Assembly: GCA_031276535.1 (NCBI GenBank)
Contig: JAISMV010000143.1
Coordinates: forward strand, 1 to 54,943
Reading direction: 5' to 3'
Length of the DNA: 54,943 bases
From: Flavobacteriaceae bacterium
Lineage (GTDB): Bacteria; Bacteroidota; Bacteroidia; Flavobacteriales; Weeksellaceae
Positions 30,246-38,949 of this stretch are shown here, piece after piece. How positions within the stretch are numbered: the first letter of the stretch is position 1; every line of letters begins with the position of its first letter. Under the pieces are notes generated by a model, which was not told the origin of the DNA, did no database searches, and was given only the letters and a program-made list of their open reading frames with translations. Made by a program: the position numbers and the translations under genes.

Positions 30246-31046
30246 ATGGAATTGGAAAAAGATAGATACAAATTAGGTATTACTTTAGGCGGCGGCGGAG
30301 CAAAAGGTTTTGCTCATTTGGGAGTAATTCAGGCATTGAATGACAGGGGGTTGTATCCTGATATTATTTCGGGGACAAGCGCCGGAGCCTTTGCCGGAGT
30401 TTTATACGCAGACGGAAATAGTCCGCGCGATATAATTTCGTTTTTCAAAGAAATGTCCTTTACCCAATTTGCGCAATTTTCCATTCCCAAAGGAGGAGTT
30501 TTCAAAAGTACACCTTTTTATTCTTTTTTAAACAAACATCTGAAAGCCAAAACCTTTGAAGAATTAAAACTTTCTATGTATGTAACGGCAACTGACATAG
30601 AAAGAGGAGAACTGGAATATTTCAATTCCGGTGATCTCATTCCGGCTGTCATTGCTTCCTGTTCCATTCCGGTAATATTTACTCCCGTCGAGATTAACAA
30701 GAGATATTATGTAGACGGAGGACTTATTAAAAAATTTCCGGTATCGATACTACGTCCGAAATGTGAAAAGATTATTGGAGTTAATGTAAGTCCTGTTGCT
30801 GTGTCCAAATATAAAAACACTATTAATTACGTTGCCGAGCGGGCTTTCCGTCATATGTCCAATGCCAATGTGTTGCAGGACAGAAAACTTTGCAACTATT
30901 TGATAGAGTCGGAAGTTCTTTGTAAATACAGTTTATTTGATTTAAAGCATATTGAGGAAATATTTCAGATGGGATATGAAATAGCTCATAAATATATGGA
31001 GAAACATGAAAAAGAATTACGAAAGGATTTTGTGGAATTTATTTGA
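30246..31046 (+). CDS. Patatin-like phospholipase
   Basis: GGGGAKG, GTSAG and DGG motifs. Confidence 0.9.
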   Translation: MELEKDRYKLGITLGGGGAKGFAHLGVIQALNDRGLYPDIISGTSAGAFAGVLYADGNSPRDIISFFKEMSFTQFAQFSIPKGGVFKSTPFYSFLNKHLKAKTFEELKLSMYVTATDIERGELEYFNSGDLIPAVIASCSIPVIFTPVEINKRYYVDGGLIKKFPVSILRPKCEKIIGVNVSPVAVSKYKNTINYVAERAFRHMSNANVLQDRKLCNYLIESEVLCKYSLFDLKHIEEIFQMGYEIAHKYMEKHEKELRKDFVEFI

Positions 31047-31050
31047 TGGA

Positions 31051-31282
31051 GGCGTCTCGTTTGTAAAAAAATGATTGCTCCGTCTTTGGTCTTATTCGGG
31101 GCAAACATCCAGTCTATAAATACCGGATTGCCGACGCTTTTCCAGAGTCAATTCAACATCTCCCCCGAATATCGCTCGCATGAGATTTCCCGAAGCGTTC
31201 GTATTCTGAAAAAACTATACCGGCAGCGAAGTATGTTAAATACTTCCCCTTCCAATTCTAATTTAGCAGTAAAGGATGACAT
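31051..31282 (-). pseudogene. Truncated, frameshifted copy of the TssD 5' region
   Basis: Aligns by eye to 32337-32567 with single-base indels (A7 vs A6 run, TTTTCCAGAG vs TTTTCAAAG, CTGAAAAAAC vs CTGGCAAAAAC); ends next to the patatin stop. Confidence 0.85.
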
Positions 31283-31378
31283 ATGTTTTTATGATGTAAT
31301 TAATAGCTCATCAAATACAATTATTATTTTATTAATATCCTTAATAATAAATTTATAAGTGTTTTCTTTACGGAGTTA

Positions 31379-31786
31379 TTATGATAAAATATTCCCCCAT
31401 AATTTATACAACATAATTTCCCAAAATATTTCTGAGAAAAAATTATCTTGGAATATCAAGGCTGCTATAGAAACAATGACAATAGAAATAATAATCATTC
31501 TAAATATTTTCACAGTCTTTTCCTTTGATTTCGTTCTCAACAGAAAAATTAATACACAAAGTAAATAAAAACAATATCCAAGGAAATAATCAATTCCAAA
31601 AATTTGACCTTGGTACCCTTTGAATGAAATTCTATTTATTTTAGATTCTGTGTAAATTATTATTAAAAATAACAATTGTAATCCTATAAAAAATAGAACT
31701 ATAAACAACAACAACTTAATTATTTGTATTAGAATACTATTAAATCGTCCATTTTTTTTTGAAATTTGTGTCATATGAAATAACAT
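31379..31786 (-). CDS. Small membrane protein, candidate immunity protein
   Basis: About 3 hydrophobic segments, very AT-rich, overlaps the 3' end of the TssD-fusion gene; start uncertain (31786 or 31774). Confidence 0.55.
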   Translation of the reverse strand: MLFHMTQISKKNGRFNSILIQIIKLLLFIVLFFIGLQLLFLIIIYTESKINRISFKGYQGQIFGIDYFLGYCFYLLCVLIFLLRTKSKEKTVKIFRMIIISIVIVSIAALIFQDNFFSEIFWEIMLYKLWGNILS

Positions 31787-32567
31787 TTTCTTCGTTTGAT
31801 AAATAAAAATAATTAATTACTTTTCCTTTATCGTAAGTGAATTTCATTGAGTCGCTGGATAATTTCATAAATCCCCCCACATCTTCTATAGTCCACAAAG
31901 CTGTCTTGCTATATAACCTTATATCACTACCCGGTATTGCCTTTATCCCCAAATATGACCAATATCCCCATGTTATTATAGCTTGTGTTTTTGATTTAAC
32001 TTTAAATTCACTTATTCTATTAGCGAAACTTTCTGGTACACCTAATTTGATGAGTTCTTTTGAATTATATGTCTTTCCTATTTCAGCTGTTTTCATTGCT
32101 TTTCTTAATCCGGAAGACCATAATTTTTCTTCGTGTTCTCCATAATTCAACTGGCTTATCGCTAATCTTTTAGCTCTATTTCTCAAAACATGAGTACAAG
32201 GTATTCCTGCAACGCTCATATTCTTCGTGGAAATAACCAGTGTAATTTTCATCGGTTCATTATTTATTGTATCAAATTCTTCTCTGAAATCAATACAGAT
32301 AGCTTTTTCAAACTTCAACTCCCGCATTTTGCTCATGGCATCCCGTTTGTAAAAAATGATTGCTCCGTCTTTGGTCTTATCCGGGGCAAACATCCAGTCT
32401 ATAAATACCGGATTGCCGGCGCTTTTCAAAGTCAATTCAACGTCTCCCCCGAATGTCGCCCCCATGGGATTTCCTGAAGCATCTGTACTCTGGCAAAAAC
32501 TATACCGGCAGTGAAGTATGTTAAATACTTCCCCTTCCAATTCTAATTTAGCAATAAAGGATGACAT
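31740..32567 (-). CDS. T6SS-iii tube protein TssD (Hcp-like) domain with a ~150-aa C-terminal extension
   Basis: N-terminus MSSFIAKLELEG..DWMF..KDGAIIFYKRDAMSKMRELKFEKAICIDFREEF..EPMKITLVIS is typical of Bacteroidota TssD; the extension is unrecognised. Confidence 0.75.
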   Translation of the reverse strand: MSSFIAKLELEGEVFNILHCRYSFCQSTDASGNPMGATFGGDVELTLKSAGNPVFIDWMFAPDKTKDGAIIFYKRDAMSKMRELKFEKAICIDFREEFDTINNEPMKITLVISTKNMSVAGIPCTHVLRNRAKRLAISQLNYGEHEEKLWSSGLRKAMKTAEIGKTYNSKELIKLGVPESFANRISEFKVKSKTQAIITWGYWSYLGIKAIPGSDIRLYSKTALWTIEDVGGFMKLSSDSMKFTYDKGKVINYFYLSNEENVISYDTNFKKKWTI

Positions 32568-32880
32568 ATGTTTTTATAATAGAATTAATAAATTATCAAA
32601 TATAATTAGTATTTTATTAATATTCATTATATTTATAATAAATTTATATAATTTGCCGCGTATTTAGAACAAATAGATCGGGTAAATTCAATATGTCATA
32701 TGTTTTAATTCCATACGGAATACGATGTTGATAATTAACTTGAATTTAGGATCAATAATCAAAGAAAAGCGCAAAAAAACTCCAAAAATTTGGGAAAAAG
32801 GAATTTTTTTCGTACCTTTATAATATAGGGCATTCCGAAAAGGAAATGATTTTGATCCGCTGTATTTTTTACATCGGTGT

Positions 32881-33825
32881 TTAAGTTATTTTAAGCAAAC
32901 AGGTCCCGGAAGAATATCCTCCGCCGAAAACCGTAAGACACAACAAATCATCCGTTTCGAACTTGTCATAATTCTGGGCAAGAACCAAAGGAGCGCTTAC
33001 ACACCCCGTGTTTCCCAATTCTTCTACGTTAGTCAACGATTTGTCTCCAGGAATTCCCAACTCGGTGCAAACATGGGTAAGTATTCTTTTATTTGCCTGA
33101 TGACCAATAAAATAAGACAGGTCGGAAACGGAATATCCGTTTTTCTTTATAATCGTATCCGTAAGCTGTGTCATGTAAAAACAGGCTTGGGTGAATACAT
33201 CTTTTCCATAGGGCATTTGCAGTCCTTTTTTAGGATTCAGCATTACGGCTTCCGGACCATAGCCCACATGTCCCAGTCCCTGACAAAAAATATCTAACAA
33301 TGTGGCTTCTTTTGCAGCATATGGTTCTGCTGAAAAGAATAAAGCAACGGCGGCATCTCCCCATAAATGCCCGGATTGCTGATCTTTGTCGTTGGAATAG
33401 GTGGAGTTCTTGTCTGCACATACAAGCAGTGCCTTGGAGGAAATTTTTGTATCAAAAAAAGATTTTATGATTTCCATGGCGTTCACGGCGGAAGAACAGG
33501 CGGAAGAAACATGCAAAGCCCGGGCGTTATTTATCCGGAATTCCCGTTGAATAACATGAGCAGTGGTTCCTATGGTATCGGAAGGGGTATAGGAAGCAAA
33601 GATAATCAGATCTACGTCTTTAATATCATACGGAAGATTACGGACGGCATCTTTTACGGCTTCAATGCTCATGAAATTAAGAGTTTCTTTATCAGAGGCA
33701 CGGGCACGTGTAGATATTCCGGTCCTTTTAAGATACCATTCTTCTGATAAATCATTTAATAGTGCAAAGTAATCATTAGGTACTCTTTCTGTAGGTATAT
33801 AATATCCTGTAGAATTTATAAACAT
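32881..33825 (-). CDS. 3-oxoacyl-ACP synthase III family protein (FabH-like)
   Basis: Cys-His-Asn triad: SACSS, GHQAN, GNTG; FGGG. Confidence 0.85.
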   Translation of the reverse strand: MFINSTGYYIPTERVPNDYFALLNDLSEEWYLKRTGISTRARASDKETLNFMSIEAVKDAVRNLPYDIKDVDLIIFASYTPSDTIGTTAHVIQREFRINNARALHVSSACSSAVNAMEIIKSFFDTKISSKALLVCADKNSTYSNDKDQQSGHLWGDAAVALFFSAEPYAAKEATLLDIFCQGLGHVGYGPEAVMLNPKKGLQMPYGKDVFTQACFYMTQLTDTIIKKNGYSVSDLSYFIGHQANKRILTHVCTELGIPGDKSLTNVEELGNTGCVSAPLVLAQNYDKFETDDLLCLTVFGGGYSSGTCLLKIT

Positions 33826-34169
33826 TTAAACTTATTTTATTCAAAAATTCATGCAGACACTTAACTTATGTTGGATTTATAAATTAAGGTTATCTGATTT
33901 TTTAACGAAAAATGGCATGAATTATTACGACGTTTCTTAATTTATTCTCAAACTTTGTACCATTATTGATTAAATGACAGTTTTGTCATACATGTACTTT
34001 GAGTTATGACAGGTGAAAAAACGGAGTGTTTATACATAAGTCATTTAACTTTTGTATTTTCGTTTTCCCGATGGGGTAAAAAATAATTTTGAAAAAAATA
34101 CTACATTTACACCGGTTAGTGATAAAATTGGAAAATGAAATTAATTAACTAGACTAACTACCAAGTAAG

Positions 34170-35351
34170 ATGATAAAAGAAGTTGTCATAGTATCAGCTG
34201 TCAGAACTCCAATAGGAAGTTTTTTAGGAAGTTTATCCACTCTTTCAGCTACCCGGTTAGGATCGGCAGCTATTGAAGGGGCGTTGAACAAAATAAATTT
34301 AGACAGATCTTTGGTTCAGGAGGTTTTTATGGGAAATGTTTTGCAGGCGGGAGTAGGGCAGGCACCGGCAAAACAGGCGTCTTTAGGAGCAGGGATTTCG
34401 GGTTTGGTTCCCTGTACGACCATAAACAAAGTATGTGCATCAGGGATGAAATCGGTAATTATCGGAGCTCAGACCATTCAGGCAGGAGATAATGAAGTAG
34501 TGGTTGCGGGAGGAATGGAATCCATGTCTAAAACTCCGTATTATATAACAACCGGAAGGACAGGGAATAAATTAGGAGACCAGAAATTAATCGATGGATT
34601 AATGAAAGACGGATTAACAGACGTATACGATCAGGTACATATGGGGATTTTTGCGGATCTGTGCGCGGAAGAATTCGGATTTTCCAGAGAAGATCAGGAC
34701 GAATTTGCGATGAATTCCTACATACGTTCAAAGAATGCCTGGGATGCGGGAAAATTCAAGGAAGAAGTGATTCCGGTAAGTGTTCCTCAAAGAAAAAAAG
34801 ATGCGATCATAGTTTCTGAAGATGAGGAATATAAGAATGTGAATTTTGAGAAAATGAAGCAACTTCCTCCGGTATTCCAGAAAACGGGAACTGTAACCGC
34901 AGCAAATGCCTCTACTTTGAACGACGGAGCTTCTGCGTTAGTTTTAATGTCCGCAGATAAGGCAAAAGAATTAGGATTAAAGCCTCTGGCAAGAATTGTC
35001 GGGTATGGAGATGCTTCGTATGAACCTGACAAATTTACCATTGCACCGTCCAAAGCGTTGCCTGTGGCTTTGAAAAAAGCCGGTTTATCAATAAAAGATA
35101 TAGATTATTTTGAGTTTAATGAAGCCTTTTCCGTAGTGGGATTGGCAAATGCTAAAATTTTAAATATTGATATTAATAAAGTTAATGTGAACGGAGGCGC
35201 AGTGTCTTTAGGGCATCCTTTAGGGAATAGCGGATCGCGCATTATTGTCACCTTGCTCAATGTGTTGAAACAAAATAACGCAAAATACGGAGCTGCGGCT
35301 ATCTGTAACGGAGGAGGAGGAGCCAGTGCCATTGTGATTGAAAATTTATAA
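34170..35351 (+). CDS. Acetyl-CoA C-acetyltransferase (thiolase)
   Basis: NKVCASG, NEAF, GHPLG, CNGGGG. Confidence 0.95.
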   Translation: MIKEVVIVSAVRTPIGSFLGSLSTLSATRLGSAAIEGALNKINLDRSLVQEVFMGNVLQAGVGQAPAKQASLGAGISGLVPCTTINKVCASGMKSVIIGAQTIQAGDNEVVVAGGMESMSKTPYYITTGRTGNKLGDQKLIDGLMKDGLTDVYDQVHMGIFADLCAEEFGFSREDQDEFAMNSYIRSKNAWDAGKFKEEVIPVSVPQRKKDAIIVSEDEEYKNVNFEKMKQLPPVFQKTGTVTAANASTLNDGASALVLMSADKAKELGLKPLARIVGYGDASYEPDKFTIAPSKALPVALKKAGLSIKDIDYFEFNEAFSVVGLANAKILNIDINKVNVNGGAVSLGHPLGNSGSRIIVTLLNVLKQNNAKYGAAAICNGGGGASAIVIENL

Positions 35352-35367
35352 CATACTAACAAAAAAG

Positions 35368-35400
35368 AAAAAAAACCGTCCAAAATAATTTTGGACGGTT
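35368..35400. terminator. Terminator between the convergent thiolase gene and tRNA-Cys
   Basis: AACCGTCCAAAA-taa-TTTTGGACGGTT stem with an A-run on the left. Confidence 0.78.
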
Positions 35401-35407
35401 CTTGTTG

Positions 35408-35478
35408 AGGCTTCGAGCGGATTCGAACCGCTGTACAAGGTTTTGCAGACCTCTGCCTAGCCACTCGGCCACGAAGCC
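35408..35478 (-). tRNA. tRNA-Cys(GCA)
   Basis: Reverse complement GGCTTCGTGGCCGAGTGGCTAGGCAGAGGTCTGCAAAACCTTGTACAGCGGTTCGAATCCGCTCGAAGCCT; U73 discriminator; TAAATTTG promoter box at 35495-35502. Confidence 0.97.
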
Positions 35479-35528
35479 TTTTTATTTAGGATTGCAAATT
35501 TACAATTTTTTTTGAATAAATTTAAATT

Positions 35529-35888
35529 CTAGTGAAAATTCTTTGTAAAAGTCACCCTTACTTCATCAACATTGGCATTTACAGGAGGATTCAGTTTGGC
35601 TACGGATACCTTAACCTTTTGAATGGTTCTATATTTGATTTCAATTTCGGTAAGTATCCGCTGGGCTACGTGTTCTAACAGATTAGAACGAATTTTTGTC
35701 TGTTCTTTGACGATTTGGGTTAGTTCAGCATAATTTATGGTATCGTCTAAATTATCTGATTTTCCCGCTTTTTGTAAATTCGACCAGATCGTAAGGTTGA
35801 TCAGGTAAAAAGAACCTACTTTTGCTTCTTCTTCCAAACAGCCATGGTAAGCGTAGACTTTTATGTTTTTAAGTTTTATTTTTTGCAT
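35529..35888 (-). CDS. folB: Dihydroneopterin aldolase
   Basis: YAYHGCLEEE, DTINY, LLEHVA, KLNPP. Confidence 0.93.
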   Translation of the reverse strand: MQKIKLKNIKVYAYHGCLEEEAKVGSFYLINLTIWSNLQKAGKSDNLDDTINYAELTQIVKEQTKIRSNLLEHVAQRILTEIEIKYRTIQKVKVSVAKLNPPVNANVDEVRVTFTKNFH

Positions 35889-36842
35889 TCAAAACAGTTC
35901 TTTGGCAATTTTTTGTATATTTTCCGAACGTCCCATCGAATAGAAATGAAGTACGGGAACTCCGTATTTTATCAGTTCTTTACATTGCCGGACAGACCAT
36001 TCGATTCCTACTTCGTATACGCTCTTGTTATCCTTGCATTTTTCCACCTCTAAAACCAGTTCCTGAGGCATATCAATGTGAAAAACATTCGGTAATATGG
36101 TGAGGTGTTTTTTTATGGCAATCGGTTTGATTCCGGGAATAATAGGCACTTTAATTCCGGCTTTTCTACACCTATCCACAAAGTTAAAATATTTTTGATT
36201 ATCATAGAATAGTTGAGTTACAATGTAATCCGCTCCGGCATTTATTTTCTTTTTTAAATAATATAAGTCCGTGTCCAGATTAGGGCTTTCAAAATGTTTT
36301 TCAGGGTATCCGGCTACCCCTATACAAAAATCGGTAGCTCCGTTTGCATAGTCTTCATGCAGATACTTTCCACCATTCATATTCGTTACCTGTTCCACCA
36401 GTTCATTGGCGTAAGAATGCCCTTGAGAATTCGGCTTGAATACGCCTTCACTTTTTATGGGATCTCCTCTTAGTACCAATACATTATCAATTCCCAAAAA
36501 ATTAAAGTCGATGAGAATATTTTCGGTTTCTTCTTTGTTAAAACCTCCGCAGATCAGGTGGGGAATGGCATCTATTTCATATCGGTGTTGCAGTGCCGCA
36601 CAGATACCAACGGTGCCCGGACGTTTTCGGGTGACGATCTTTTGGATCAGACCATTAGGAAGCTCCTTATATTCGTATTCTTCTCTATGATAAGTTACAT
36701 CAATAAAGGGAGGATTGAACTCCATTAAAGGATCAATATTGGAAAAAATAGTCTGGAGGTCATCTCCTTTTTTTGGAGGTAATATTTCAAATGAAAATAG
36801 GGTATTGCCTTTTGATCTTTCTATATGTTCTGTAACTTTCAT
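35889..36842 (-). CDS. metF: Methylenetetrahydrofolate reductase
   Basis: SFEILPP, LRGD, AGYPEKH, GADYIVTQLFYD, LHFYSM. Confidence 0.95.
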   Translation of the reverse strand: MKVTEHIERSKGNTLFSFEILPPKKGDDLQTIFSNIDPLMEFNPPFIDVTYHREEYEYKELPNGLIQKIVTRKRPGTVGICAALQHRYEIDAIPHLICGGFNKEETENILIDFNFLGIDNVLVLRGDPIKSEGVFKPNSQGHSYANELVEQVTNMNGGKYLHEDYANGATDFCIGVAGYPEKHFESPNLDTDLYYLKKKINAGADYIVTQLFYDNQKYFNFVDRCRKAGIKVPIIPGIKPIAIKKHLTILPNVFHIDMPQELVLEVEKCKDNKSVYEVGIEWSVRQCKELIKYGVPVLHFYSMGRSENIQKIAKELF

Positions 36843-36948
36843 TGTACTAATTTAAGCATGCGACCAACTGTATTTTGTGGAAAAACAAATATCGGTTAAA
36901 TATTTGTATTTACAATAAATATTTTATCCGAATGTGTTTTTAAGGTAG

Positions 36949-37425
36949 TTACAATAAGCTTCCGTCAAAAGTGAAAGGAAGCAGATCGGAACATTTGGAA
37001 AATTTAATCACCCTGCCTTTCGTTCCTGTAAAAAAGAATTCAATGGGTTTTCTCTGCCGGTTTTCATATTCCAAAAGTACCTGACGGCAGGCTCCACATG
37101 GAGAAACAGGCTCCGAGTTTTCGTCGTCTTTTCCTGCAACTATAGCCATTTTACGAATGACGGCAGAAGGATAGTTGGCAACAGCATAGAATATGGCAGT
37201 TCGTTCGGCGCATAAACCACTCGGATAAGCGGCATTTTCCTGATTGTTTCCGGTTATTATTTTTCCGTTGTCAAGCAAGATTGCAGCGCCTACTTTAAAT
37301 TCCGAATACTTGGCATATGCCAGTTCACGGGCTTTTTGTGCTTCTTTGATCAAATTTAAATCCTCTTGGGACAAATCGCTCCAATTGGGATATTCTTCAT
37401 ATGTTACGTCTAAAGTTTTAATCAT
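36949..37425 (-). CDS. cdd: Cytidine deaminase
   Basis: GNNQENAAYPSGLCAER, PCGACRQ; start may be 37425 or 37446. Confidence 0.93.
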   Translation of the reverse strand: MIKTLDVTYEEYPNWSDLSQEDLNLIKEAQKARELAYAKYSEFKVGAAILLDNGKIITGNNQENAAYPSGLCAERTAIFYAVANYPSAVIRKMAIVAGKDDENSEPVSPCGACRQVLLEYENRQRKPIEFFFTGTKGRVIKFSKCSDLLPFTFDGSLL

Positions 37426-37670
37426 TTTGTAATTTTTTGAGGGCATCTAAGTTACTAAATAAATTCTAAAAAAAAGTATAGAGTTTTTACGGTTTGATTT
37501 AAAATTTTTATAGAAATTTCTTTTTTCAGAAATTTCAGCGCAGGCTTCTTTTCTCTTAAAAAAAAGACATCGTTATTTCCGAATTCCTACGATAAAGATT
37601 TTCACCGGTTCATTGGGTTTTCAATTTTTCAGTAATCTCCGTGCAAAAATATATGGGCTTTTCTGAAATG

Positions 37671-37703
37671 AAAAACAGGCTGAAATTTCAGCCTGTTTTT
37701 TTT
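37671..37703. terminator. Perfect 30-bp palindrome, terminator of the TonB-lipoprotein operon
   Basis: AAAAACAGGCTGAAA|TTTCAGCCTGTTTTT. Confidence 0.8.
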
Positions 37704-37729
37704 GATGAATGTTAATTTGAAAATAAAAA

Positions 37730-38908
37730 TCATAAATTTTTTGCCCATCCTGAAGCCCAAGAAGGAACATTTATTCCATTTCCAGCTCCTGTAGCGTTAT
37801 CGTTGATTGTAAAGGCAGCGGTAACATCTGCGGAGGTTCCGTCGGATTTCTTTCCTTTTGAATTGGTAGATACATTGTCAAATTTCACATTGGTTACCTT
37901 CAAGCTATTATTTGATACGTTATTTAGCGTAGAATCGTGTTCTATACTGATTCCGGTTGTGAACTTTGAGATCACTATGTCATCAAAGTTTCCCCGGGTT
38001 CCGTATCTGAGTTTTAATCCGTCATTTTCTCCCGATGTTCCTCCTATAAAGGTAGCATGACGAATGATCGGGCTTGAAATAGGTGTTGCAAGTTCATTCA
38101 CCTGACTGTTATCTGCTTCCACTCCCCGATTTCCTGTTTGGTCAGGTCTTCTTGTTGTATAAATGTATTCTGCCGTTCCGTTCCAGCCTTCTGTATAATC
38201 AAAAGCATCGTCTTCATTTCCGTTGGATATTATATGGTTGACATTCACTGTTCCTCCGAAGAATTCTACTCCGTCATCATTTCCCAGATACGCCTGCACA
38301 TAACCAATGACCGTTCCTTTTCCTACGCCGAATAAAGAAAGTCCGTTAAATTCTTTTTCTGAATTGAATGCGGCTCCTGCATATTCTATCCTGCAATATT
38401 TTATCACTCCGGAATTATCGTTTTCGTCAGAACCTCCGTAGGGTAATGAAGCCACTTCGGAAGTTGCCGTACCGTTTCCGACATTGATCGGAGCTTTTCC
38501 ACATAGTACGATACCTCCCCAGTCGCCTCCCGTAGGGTTTGAACTTCCTGAAGTAAAGACAACCGGTGAGTTTACCGTTCCGTTAATGAAGATTTTCCCT
38601 CCTTGTGCAACGGCAACATAAGAAGAAGTTCCTCCGGTAGCTTCTATTCGGGTTCCTGCAGGAATGGTAAGAGCAGCTCCGTCTTTGATTGTAAGTCCAC
38701 CCGTTAATTTATACACTTTGGAAGGATCTAAAGAGGCTGTTTGCCCTGAGGTCAGCTCTCCTTTAAAGTTATTAGGGTCAAAGGTTACCACTGTAGGAGT
38801 TGAGCCGTTCGTCCCCGGATCATTGTCATCATCGTCACTACAGGAAATTAAGTTTAAACTTAAGAAGCTTAAACAGATCATTGTTTTAAAAATTGCTTTT
38901 GTATTCAT
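37730..38908 (-). CDS. Surface lipoprotein with beta-helix-like repeats, partner of a TonB-dependent receptor
   Basis: Lipobox LISC followed by acidic SDDDDND; GDWGGIVLCG, DDGVEFFGG, DDAFD motifs. Confidence 0.75.
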   Translation of the reverse strand: MNTKAIFKTMICLSFLSLNLISCSDDDDNDPGTNGSTPTVVTFDPNNFKGELTSGQTASLDPSKVYKLTGGLTIKDGAALTIPAGTRIEATGGTSSYVAVAQGGKIFINGTVNSPVVFTSGSSNPTGGDWGGIVLCGKAPINVGNGTATSEVASLPYGGSDENDNSGVIKYCRIEYAGAAFNSEKEFNGLSLFGVGKGTVIGYVQAYLGNDDGVEFFGGTVNVNHIISNGNEDDAFDYTEGWNGTAEYIYTTRRPDQTGNRGVEADNSQVNELATPISSPIIRHATFIGGTSGENDGLKLRYGTRGNFDDIVISKFTTGISIEHDSTLNNVSNNSLKVTNVKFDNVSTNSKGKKSDGTSADVTAAFTINDNATGAGNGINVPSWASGWAKNL

Positions 38909-38949
38909 ATTAATTAAAATTTGTATGTCGTTATTTATTTTTATCCTGA

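Larger units (their letters stand above)
31051..32648. repeat. ~300-bp imperfect direct repeat (31051-31357 and 32337-32648)
   Basis: Shared TssD 5' coding sequence plus ~75 bp of upstream leader. Confidence 0.9.

Noticed and set aside
31071-31358. 95-aa plus-strand ORF
   Set aside because: It is the antisense of the TssD pseudogene copy.
35105-35464. 119-aa minus-strand ORF
   Set aside because: Starts inside tRNA-Cys and is antisense to thiolase; shadow ORF.
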